The notes under the pieces are model-generated. The model saw only the letters and a list, made by a program, of their open reading frames with translations, had not been told where the DNA came from and searched no databases. The position numbers and the translations under genes are program-made. Positions 1-7,415 of a DNA stretch of 17,127 nt are shown piece by piece. The stretch is from the NCBI GenBank assembly GCA_016926735.1, contig JAFGOA010000120.1, positions 1 through 17,127 on the forward strand, given 5' to 3'. Every line of letters starts with the position of its first letter. Position 1 is the stretch's first letter. This DNA is from Promethearchaeota archaeon (GTDB lineage Archaea; Asgardarchaeota; Lokiarchaeia; Sigyniarchaeales; SOKP01).

Positions 1-15
1 ATTACTAATTTTTTA

Positions 16-543
16 ATGACAGAGATGAATAAGGAGAAATTAAAAAAAAAAAGAAATGAGATTGCAGAAGAATTACTTAATATGGGTTATATTGAATATA
101 GAATAGAAAATTATTCAGAAGCTTTAATATGTTTTGATAAAGTAATTGAAATAGATTCAAATTCTATTGAAGCTTGGTATATGAAAGGCAAAGTATTAAG
201 TGTTTTAAAAAGGCATAAAGAATCATTAGAATGCTTCACAAAAGCAGTAGATTTAGAACCTGATGATTATGAGATAGGATATACCAAAGGTTTAGCAATA
301 TTATTATATGAATATTATAAGAAGATTATAAAAGAAATAGAAATAAAGCTAGAACGATTACCTAATGATATTGATCTTATTTTTAAAAGGGGTTTAGCTT
401 TTGAATATATTGAAAATTTTGAAGAAGCAATATATTCTTATGAAAAAGCTCTTGAACTAAACCCAGATTCTGAGAAAATTAAAAAAGCTAGGTTGAGAGC
501 TATAAATACTCGTAATAGTTATCTTGAATTGAATTCAAATTAA
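16..543 (+). CDS. Tetratricopeptide repeat (TPR) protein; the frame is open to the window edge, so the true start may lie upstream
   Basis: TPR consensus units: 'YSEALICFDKVIEIDS', 'AWYMKGKVL...ESLECFTKAVDLEP', 'FKRGLAFEYIENFEEAIYSYEKALELNP'. Codons at 1..15 contain no stop. Confidence 0.9.
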   Translation: MTEMNKEKLKKKRNEIAEELLNMGYIEYRIENYSEALICFDKVIEIDSNSIEAWYMKGKVLSVLKRHKESLECFTKAVDLEPDDYEIGYTKGLAILLYEYYKKIIKEIEIKLERLPNDIDLIFKRGLAFEYIENFEEAIYSYEKALELNPDSEKIKKARLRAINTRNSYLELNSN

Positions 544-573
544 ATTTTTAATATATTATCATCAAAATCCTCA

Positions 574-2253
574 TTATTCTATTTTTTTCAAATATTTTTG
601 ATCAATATCATTGTCAAGCATATTGTAAAAATATGAATAATATTTTTGATAGAATTCTCTCTTTTTATTTATAACTCTTGATTTTTCTTCTTCAGTAAAA
701 TACTTTCCTTCAGACCAAAATATTTTACCTTGATGATTCATAAGTATTTTATCTTCTTTTTTCACAATATATCCATTTTTTATAACATATTCAATATATT
801 CAAAAGCTTTTTCTATCAATTTATAATCTTTATTTGTATCTATTTTATCAATATTAATATTTAAAATATTTATATCTGCTTCAGAACCATTTGATAAATT
901 TCCTTTGAATTTACTTAATCCTAAAGACTTAGCTGGACTAGATCTAGTTAATATTATTAAATCATTAAAATTAAGTACATCCTCATTTGTAGATATTGAG
1001 ATGTTCTTTAAAAACTTATTATTCATATTTTCCATAAATTTAAAACGAGCATCTTTACTTAGTAACCATGTTATTATTTTTGGAATATCATTAAGATGAG
1101 AATAATGAGGGAAATTTAAAGAAAATTGTATTTGCCATTTATTTTTAATATTAAGAGCTAAATCTATTGCATTGCCCCATAAAATACAATCTTTGTATTC
1201 ATTCTTTTTAAATTCTCTAAAATTAGAATATGAGTCTCCTTCAAATTCATTAGAGTTAATAATATTATTTTTTTTTTTTTTGTAGGAATCAGTAATATCA
1301 GAAAAAAATCGTCTATCTGATGTAATAATAGGATTTATTTTATCAAATCCTATAAATGCTAAATCTACATCAATATTTGAATTATTGTTTAGATTATTAA
1401 TAATATTTTTATTATTTCCATCTATATTTAAAGAGTTAGCATGAGCTAAATGGCATATTTGATTTCTTTTATCTTTTGTAGATGTTCTCGCATCTAATTT
1501 TAGATTATCTAATTCTTTTAATAATGAATTTAAATTCTCTTTTCCTTCTAAATTTTCATATCCTTCTATATGACAATGAGCAGAGTGTGGTAAATCTAAT
1601 ATTTCTACTGCTTCTATAAACGTTTTATAGACATTTATAGCTTTAAAATTATAAAGAATACCATTTTTATTAATATCCTCTCGTAATTTATTAAAATTCC
1701 ATATTTCACTTTCGAAAGGATTATAGATTTTAATACCAAATCCTTTACATTTTGATAATAAATCGGAAATGAATAAAGCTATATCTTTAGTTTTTTTTTT
1801 CTCAATATCAAATTCTAAGGGCCAAAAATTACCCAAATTTAAAAGCATAGCTTTATCTAAAACAGGTATATTAATAAAATTAAAAATAGTATGTTTAGCA
1901 AGTGATGGATATACGTTAGCTTCTGTTATAAAAGTATAACCTTGGGAGATATACTCTTTAGCTATATATTCAGAAGTAAGAGCACCCCAATTAGAATTAA
2001 ATTCTTGATTATTTTTTCCCAAAAGACGTATCCAATTCATCTGTTGGGATGCTATATGACAATGGATATCTATAGCTGCGGGAATAATTGTTTTATTTTC
2101 AGCATTTATTTCTTTTATATCATTATTAGATGTAAATTTTTCTACTATTATTCCATTCTCAATCAAGATATCTTTTTTTTCTCCTATAATATTTGAGAAT
2201 GGATCGAATACTAAACCATTTTTAATTAATAGATTATTGCCTTTTTTTGACAT
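574..2253 (-). CDS. fwdA: Formylmethanofuran dehydrogenase subunit A-like amidohydrolase (divergent; final metal-ligand Asp replaced by Asn)
   Basis: 559 aa. Motifs 'LIKNGLVFDP', 'IDIHCHI' (HxH), 'GYTFITEA', 'GIKIYNP' (carboxylatable Lys), 'LPHSAHCH', 'HLAH', 'TRSSPAKSLGL..KGNL..GSEADI'. Last gene of an operon with B, D and G homologues. Confidence 0.88.
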   Translation of the reverse strand: MSKKGNNLLIKNGLVFDPFSNIIGEKKDILIENGIIVEKFTSNNDIKEINAENKTIIPAAIDIHCHIASQQMNWIRLLGKNNQEFNSNWGALTSEYIAKEYISQGYTFITEANVYPSLAKHTIFNFINIPVLDKAMLLNLGNFWPLEFDIEKKKTKDIALFISDLLSKCKGFGIKIYNPFESEIWNFNKLREDINKNGILYNFKAINVYKTFIEAVEILDLPHSAHCHIEGYENLEGKENLNSLLKELDNLKLDARTSTKDKRNQICHLAHANSLNIDGNNKNIINNLNNNSNIDVDLAFIGFDKINPIITSDRRFFSDITDSYKKKKNNIINSNEFEGDSYSNFREFKKNEYKDCILWGNAIDLALNIKNKWQIQFSLNFPHYSHLNDIPKIITWLLSKDARFKFMENMNNKFLKNISISTNEDVLNFNDLIILTRSSPAKSLGLSKFKGNLSNGSEADINILNINIDKIDTNKDYKLIEKAFEYIEYVIKNGYIVKKEDKILMNHQGKIFWSEGKYFTEEEKSRVINKKREFYQKYYSYFYNMLDNDIDQKYLKKIE

Positions 2254-2254
2254 C

Positions 2255-2635
2255 TTAAATTTTATCAGATTTTATTTTTTCAATTAATTCATTTAATTTA
2301 GTAGGAGGATCTCTCGTACCTTCTACATTAACTTTAATATTTTTATAAATAATATTGTTATTTTTTACATAGGTAACTTGGTTAGCCCATAATGATACAG
2401 GCATTAAAATAATACCTTCTGGAATTTTTGAATCTTGTTTGAAATTTACAATTACGTCACCATGATTGTTTGAAATATGTAATTTTAAACTTGGAACTAG
2501 ATACAGTTTTTTAAAGTCTAGAGGATTTATAAAACCTATAGCCAAATGTTCTTCCATAAATTCTACATCTTGACAATTCCATTCTACATTCTGATCATTA
2601 TTTATTAATCTTATTGTATTTAATATCATTTCCAT
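2255..2635 (-). CDS. fwdD: Formylmethanofuran dehydrogenase subunit D-like protein (molybdopterin dinucleotide-binding domain; divergent)
   Basis: 126 aa. 'MILNTxR', 'INPLDFKKL', 'HGDVIV', 'PEGIILMP..WAN' and 'YKNIKV.VE.T' follow the FwdD layout. Located between fwdB and fwdA. Confidence 0.82.
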   Translation of the reverse strand: MEMILNTIRLINNDQNVEWNCQDVEFMEEHLAIGFINPLDFKKLYLVPSLKLHISNNHGDVIVNFKQDSKIPEGIILMPVSLWANQVTYVKNNNIIYKNIKVNVEGTRDPPTKLNELIEKIKSDKI

Positions 2636-2652
2636 ATTTATTTTACACCAAA

Positions 2653-3957
2653 CTATTTATTTAACCTATCAAGAATTTTTTGTAATAATTCATAATCAGA
2701 TTGAATAAGACTAGGAGGCTCAATTATTTTTTTCAATTGTATAGGTACATGATCAAGTCTAAATGCTAGACCTTTATTTTCTATTCCTGTAATTGATGTG
2801 GGCAATATAAGAGTTGCAATTAAAAATGTCCCTGATTTTTTATTATCTATTAGTATTATCGGTTTAGATGATAATATCTTACTTATTTCTAAAGGAAAAT
2901 GAGATATAGGATCTGTTCCTATGATAATAGATAAATCAAAATCTTCTTTTTGTATTTTTGAAATTATATTATCATCAGATTTGATGGATTCTCCATTCTT
3001 AAATTGAATACTTTGATTTTTACCCGTTTCACTTAAAGCCATATGTTCAAAACCTACCATGTTATAGTGTCCTCCAACCATTAATAGAGAAATACGTCCA
3101 TTATTTTTAATATTATTAAGTAAATTTACTAATTCTAAAAGTTCTTTAATAGCATCTCCATTTGTTTTTTGATTTAATAAAGCTTGACCCGGTAATATTG
3201 TAATGTGTTCTGAATTTAATAGAAATGTTTTAAATCTTTCTAAATCTTGTTTATCAATGCCAGAAATACCCTCATTTGGAAAAGTATAGTCTCCTTTTAC
3301 AGCTTTTTTCAAGATTTTGATTAATTCAATATCCTCATTTGGTCTGATAATAATAGCTAAGTCTCTTGTACCCATAACTTTAAATGACGCAGTCTTATAA
3401 ATATCAACAATAATTAAGTTTTTTATTTCTCTACCCGTCATTCTAAATTTTCCTCGAGAAAATAGTATTTTACTAAATAATCGAGGGATTGACTCAACAA
3501 TATTCGTACCCCATAGTATAATCAAATCTGATTTATTAATAATTTCTGTAAGTGTCGTTGTAGTTATACCCATTTCGGAAGCAATATTCAAAAATTTACC
3601 TTGACATATAGTAGAATTTGAATCTATGAATGCATCTATTTTTTTAGCAATTTTAAGCGCTAAAATTTGAGATTCACATGAAATTGTTGATAATCCATAA
3701 ATAAGTGGTTTTTTAGCATTTTTTATAATCTGAATAGCCTTATTTAAAGCTAAATCCCATTCAAGAACTTTTAAACCTCCTTTATCTTTATATAACGGAG
3801 ATAAAATTCTATTTTTAGATTTTATTTGATTAAATTTATTTATGCCTTTTTGACAAGCTCCAAGAATTTCCTTTATTTCTTTATCATCTTTTATAATGAT
3901 TATATCATCACATAATAAAGAACAACCTGAACAAGTTATTTTTAATTGTTCTGACAT
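2653..3957 (-). CDS. fwdB: Formylmethanofuran dehydrogenase subunit B-like protein (divergent active site)
   Basis: 434 aa. N-terminal [4Fe-4S] motif CSGCSLLCDD...ACQKG; 'AKKPLIYGLS..SCE'; 'IDSNSTICQG' (W/Mo-ligand Cys118); 'TLTEIIN.SDLIILWG.N'; 'GHYN..G'; 'IIGTDPISHFP'; 'GIE..G.AFRLD.VPI'. Confidence 0.9.
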   Translation of the reverse strand: MSEQLKITCSGCSLLCDDIIIIKDDKEIKEILGACQKGINKFNQIKSKNRILSPLYKDKGGLKVLEWDLALNKAIQIIKNAKKPLIYGLSTISCESQILALKIAKKIDAFIDSNSTICQGKFLNIASEMGITTTTLTEIINKSDLIILWGTNIVESIPRLFSKILFSRGKFRMTGREIKNLIIVDIYKTASFKVMGTRDLAIIIRPNEDIELIKILKKAVKGDYTFPNEGISGIDKQDLERFKTFLLNSEHITILPGQALLNQKTNGDAIKELLELVNLLNNIKNNGRISLLMVGGHYNMVGFEHMALSETGKNQSIQFKNGESIKSDDNIISKIQKEDFDLSIIIGTDPISHFPLEISKILSSKPIILIDNKKSGTFLIATLILPTSITGIENKGLAFRLDHVPIQLKKIIEPPSLIQSDYELLQKILDRLNK

Positions 3958-3985
3958 TTTTTTTAAGATATTATTTAATTATAAA

Positions 3986-4474
3986 TTATATATACTCAAT
4001 TTTTAAAGCTTCTCTAGGGCAATAGGTTTCACAAACTCTACATTCTCGTTCTTTTCCTTCGGTTTCTAATCTTCGGCAATATTTAATATTCAATAATTCA
4101 CATTTTCCTTCTTTTACCATAAATAATTGATGCGTATCTGGAGGATAATCTGGTGCTTTTCCACTTAAAATAGAATAACAATATCTGGCATTTACAGGAC
4201 ATATAGTGACACATATTCCACACCCATCACATAATTCATTTTCAATATTTATTTTAAGTTCTTTTTTTTTTCCTTCTTCACTTTTTAATAAATCCTTTAA
4301 TTTTAAATATTTTTCTTGGTATTTTGGGTCATCTAAAAGTGGAGTACAGTCTTCAATTTTTACATTACCCTTTAACAGTTCAAGTGAAAATGCCATACAT
4401 GTTGGTTTCCCACATTTCTTACAATTTGTTTGAGGTAAATAATTAAAAAGTTCCAGAAAATTTTTAGGAGGTAT
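3986..4474 (-). CDS. fwdG: FwdG-like ferredoxin with an N-terminal extra Fe-S domain (about 162 aa; start extended from the ORF-track ATG at 4396 to a putative ATA at 4474)
   Basis: The frame upstream of the ATG at 4396 reads IPPKNFLELFNYLPQTNCKKCGKPTC-MAF, followed later by 'DCTPL'. This is the CxxCxxxxC...C Fe-S domain seen in AcsC/CdhE/RnfB N-termini. The C-terminal part has CDGCGICVTICP and C...CRVCETYCP. An in-frame TAA at 4477..4475 bounds the ORF. Confidence 0.8.
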   Translation of the reverse strand: MPPKNFLELFNYLPQTNCKKCGKPTCMAFSLELLKGNVKIEDCTPLLDDPKYQEKYLKLKDLLKSEEGKKKELKINIENELCDGCGICVTICPVNARYCYSILSGKAPDYPPDTHQLFMVKEGKCELLNIKYCRRLETEGKERECRVCETYCPREALKIEYI

Positions 4475-4725
4475 TTATATCACTTATTCTGTTTACTATA
4501 TATTTTTATAGAAAGTACATAATATTAATTCATTTATTATTTTAATTAAAGCAAATAGTATAATATTATTTTTTTATATAGAAAATTTAAGAGTTATTGT
4601 TTTCTTAAAAAGATATAAAAACAAAAACTTTTACTAATCATATTAGTTAATGTAGTGTTTAAAATAAAAATAAACAATAATTTAGTCGTATATTTAAAAT
4701 TCGTAATAATCTAAAGGATATTCTA

Positions 4726-5265
4726 ATGACATCATATTCAAATAGACTTTATAAAATATGTATTGTTGGTGATGGAGGCGTAGGAAAAACAACAATATTA
4801 CATAGATTTGTAGATGGTGTTTTTTTAGAGAATGCAAAATTAACAATAGGTACTAATTTCTTTCTTAAATCTGTTAAATTGGATAAAGAAAATATAAAAG
4901 TTACTCTTCAAATATGGGATTTAAGTGGTCAAGATAGATTTTCAATTATACGACCCAATTTCTATAATGGAGCTAAAGGAATTATCTATACATTTGATGT
5001 CACAAGAAGAATATCATTGATAAATTTGCTAAATTGGAAAGATGAGATTGAACATGCTATAGGAAAAAAACCCAGTATTTTATTGGGAAATAAAATAGAT
5101 TTAATTTCCGATATAGGAGAGAGAATTATATTAGAAGACGAATGTGAGTTAAAAAGAAAAGAAATTAATGCAAAAATCTTTTTAGAAACAAGCGCTAAAA
5201 ACAATATAGGTATAAATAAAGCTTTTAATATAATTTCCCGACAAATATACAAATTATCAAAATAA
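4726..5265 (+). CDS. Ras-superfamily small GTPase, Rab-like (Asgard eukaryotic signature protein)
   Basis: G1 GDGGVGKT, G2 TIG, G3 'LQIWDLSGQDRF', G4 'GNKID', G5 'ETSAK'. No C-terminal prenylation cysteines. Confidence 0.95.
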   Translation: MTSYSNRLYKICIVGDGGVGKTTILHRFVDGVFLENAKLTIGTNFFLKSVKLDKENIKVTLQIWDLSGQDRFSIIRPNFYNGAKGIIYTFDVTRRISLINLLNWKDEIEHAIGKKPSILLGNKIDLISDIGERIILEDECELKRKEINAKIFLETSAKNNIGINKAFNIISRQIYKLSK

Positions 5266-5342
5266 GTTGATTAATATCATAAGTATTATAATTATTTTTT
5301 TAGAGGTTAAGAAAAATTTTATAAAGTTTAAGGAAAAATATT

Positions 5343-5615
5343 ATGAGCGAAGTTAAACAAAATGAATTGAAATCAAGGATTGAAAAAATAGTTGAAAAGA
5401 CATTTAAAAAGATAATTGAAAAGAGTTCTAAAGGTTATTCTATTGAAGAACTTGTTAAAACTCTGATAATTACCAAAATTATGGCTAAACTTAAAATTAT
5501 TATAAGACGAAGTGCTGTAAAAAGCTTAGTGAGAATAGCTGTTAAAAAAGCGGTGAATAGATATTGGGAAAAACATAGAGATCAGATGATAACGATAATC
5601 AATAACTTGGAATGA
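5343..5615 (+). CDS. Hypothetical basic, probably helical protein (90 aa)
   Basis: ATG start and co-oriented with its neighbours; K/R/I-rich. No motif recognised. Confidence 0.65.
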   Translation: MSEVKQNELKSRIEKIVEKTFKKIIEKSSKGYSIEELVKTLIITKIMAKLKIIIRRSAVKSLVRIAVKKAVNRYWEKHRDQMITIINNLE

Positions 5616-5617
5616 TT

Positions 5618-5643
5618 TTTCTCTATAAAATTTCTCTATAAAA
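5618..5643. repeat. Tandem duplication of 13 bp (TTTCTCTATAAAA x2)
   Basis: 5618..5630 and 5631..5643 are identical. Confidence 0.6.
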
Positions 5644-5697
5644 AAAATTAGATTGGAAAAAAAAATCTTTTTAATCTTCACATTCTAATTAACTATT

Positions 5698-5850
5698 ATG
5701 GAAAAAATTATTTTAGAAGTAAATGAAAATGAAATACCTCTTAATCCTTTAATGCAAAACATGCTTAAAAATATGGTATTAGCATATCTAAAAAGCGCAA
5801 AAAAAGTACCTGATGATATAAATTCCATTAAAATTGAAATTGAACTTTAG
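5698..5850 (+). CDS. Small protein (50 aa) resembling the C-terminal extension domain of MobB-type proteins; absent from the ORF track
   Basis: Reads ATG(5698) MEKIILEVNENEIPLNPLMQNMLKNMVLAYLKSAKKVPDDINSIKIEIEL TAG(5848..5850). The pattern 'L.V....IPLNP..Q..L...V.....S.K.V......I.I.I' is recalled from MobB C-terminal domains. It fills the gap between co-oriented genes. Confidence 0.75.
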   Translation: MEKIILEVNENEIPLNPLMQNMLKNMVLAYLKSAKKVPDDINSIKIEIEL

Positions 5851-5908
5851 AAAACTAAATATCAACCAACTTAATAGAATTTAATTAATTTCCTACTTTT
5901 TTTATATT

Positions 5909-6793
5909 ATGAAATTAGAACCTGAATGCATAGGCTGTTTTTTTAATCAAGTTTTAAAAGCATTTAAATTATTAAAACCTAATATTTCAAATGATATTAT
6001 TCTAGATGCCCAAGAACGTATTATGAAATTTTTATTAAAAAATGATATAAAAAAAATTACATCTCCTTTAGTAGGAAAATATTTGTATAATCTAATAGGG
6101 AATATTCTTAATGATAATGATCCGTATGCTAATTTGAAGAAAACGTCAAATCAAATCGCCCTTAAATATTATGATAGAATAAAAAATTTTATAGAAAAAT
6201 CTGCTGATCCATTATTAGAAGCATTGGTTGTATCTGCTCTTGGAAATACAATAGATTTCGCTAGTCAACATAAAATAGATATTCTAAATGATATTGAAAA
6301 AATGAATCCTAAAGATCTTATCATAAATGATTATATAAAATTTAAACAATCATTAGATTCAACTGATAGGTTAGTAATATTATTAGATAATGCAGGTGAA
6401 ATTGTATTTGATAAAATTCTAGTCGAAATTTTACAGAAATTTTATCCTAAATTGGAAATAATATGTGCTGTTCGTTCTGCACCCATTATTAATGATGCTA
6501 CTATGCAAGATGCTGAATATATAAAATTAAATTTATTTGTAAAAATAATAAAATCGAGTCCAGCTCCCGGTATTGATTTCTCTGATATTTCTGAAGAATT
6601 AAGAAAATATTTATATTCTGAAGATGGAATGATTCTTTCTAAAGGACAAGGCAATTTTGAAACATTATATGGATTAGATTTACCAAATAAAAATATATTT
6701 TATCTGTTAAAAGCAAAATGTAATCTAATGGAAAGAATATTTAATGTAAAAATAGGTAGTCTAATTTTAAAAAAAAAGACTTTGGGATTTTGA
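5909..6793 (+). CDS. DUF89/ARMT1-family damage-control metal-dependent phosphatase
   Basis: N-terminal 'ECIGC', 'DPY...K..SN', 'GNTIDF', 'DNAGEIVFD', 'PIINDAT..DA', 'SKGQGNFETL', 'LLKAKC'. Confidence 0.92.
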   Translation: MKLEPECIGCFFNQVLKAFKLLKPNISNDIILDAQERIMKFLLKNDIKKITSPLVGKYLYNLIGNILNDNDPYANLKKTSNQIALKYYDRIKNFIEKSADPLLEALVVSALGNTIDFASQHKIDILNDIEKMNPKDLIINDYIKFKQSLDSTDRLVILLDNAGEIVFDKILVEILQKFYPKLEIICAVRSAPIINDATMQDAEYIKLNLFVKIIKSSPAPGIDFSDISEELRKYLYSEDGMILSKGQGNFETLYGLDLPNKNIFYLLKAKCNLMERIFNVKIGSLILKKKTLGF

Positions 6794-6805
6794 TTTTAAT
6801 ATTAT

Positions 6806-7321
6806 TTAATTCAATTTTTCTTTTTTCATTTTTTTAATTGCTTCAGTAAAAAATCCAAAATCCTCAATAGGTTGTTGATTGTCTTTTTCTTTTAATTTAT
6901 CAAAATATTCGATAATTTGCATAAGCATTATTTTTTTGAAAGACTCAAATTTGCTGACATATTGGCATTCATCTATTTCATTCTTATAGAAATTGTAGAA
7001 ATTATCTAAAGCTTTTTCAGCTTCTTCTCTGAGATTATATTTTCTAAATTTTTTATCTAAAATTGCTATAAGTATTAATTTATGTTTACTTACAATTATC
7101 ATTTCTACATCTAAACCCTTGATGGTAATTTCTTCAATTTTCCCTAAATTATCTTTACCAAAGAGAGATAATGCACCAACGAAAGATGATAATAATACAG
7201 GATTTATATCTGAATCTAATATTAGGTCTACTAAATATTCACCAGACTCTTTACATATAATAATCCCCTTCAATAAATTTATATTATAATTATCTAAAAT
7301 ATTCGTCAAATTAATCAACAA
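6806..7321 (-). CDS. Longin/roadblock-like domain protein (putative small-GTPase regulator); TTG start, exact start uncertain
   Basis: Strand-strand-helix layout: 'KGIIICKESGEYLVD', 'DINPVLLSSFVGALSLFG', 'KIEEITIKG..MIIV...LILIAILD', helix 'ALDNFYNFY', 'VSKFESF'. This resembles Asgard longin-like proteins. Confidence 0.7.
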   Translation of the reverse strand: MLINLTNILDNYNINLLKGIIICKESGEYLVDLILDSDINPVLLSSFVGALSLFGKDNLGKIEEITIKGLDVEMIIVSKHKLILIAILDKKFRKYNLREEAEKALDNFYNFYKNEIDECQYVSKFESFKKIMLMQIIEYFDKLKEKDNQQPIEDFGFFTEAIKKMKKEKLN

Positions 7322-7393
7322 TCAATTAAATCTAAAATTAGCTTTATTACCATAATAAAATAATTAATTAAAAATCTTTTCTTTGCAGAAATT

Positions 7394-7415
7394 ATAGATT
7401 TTGAACAAAATCTAT
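7394..7415. promoter_or_regulatory. Perfect 10-bp-arm inverted repeat upstream of the longin-like gene (possible operator or hairpin)
   Basis: ATAGATTTTG-AA-CAAAATCTAT. Confidence 0.35.

Noticed and set aside
1268-1281. 14-nt T homopolymer in fwdA as a phase-variation or frameshift site
   Set aside because: The frame is intact (poly-Lys), and long A/T runs are common throughout this AT-rich window.
905-2196. ORF-track plus-strand ORFs 905..1099 and 1942..2196
   Set aside because: Antisense shadows inside the fwdA-like gene with no motifs.
3604-3606. Possible selenocysteine in FwdB
   Set aside because: The ligand codon is TGT (Cys) and the ORF has no in-frame TGA.
4206-6654. ORF-track ORFs 4206..4433 (+), 4986..5252 (-) and 6442..6654 (-)
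   Set aside because: Antisense to well-supported genes (fwdG, GTPase, DUF89), with F/I/S-rich shadow composition.
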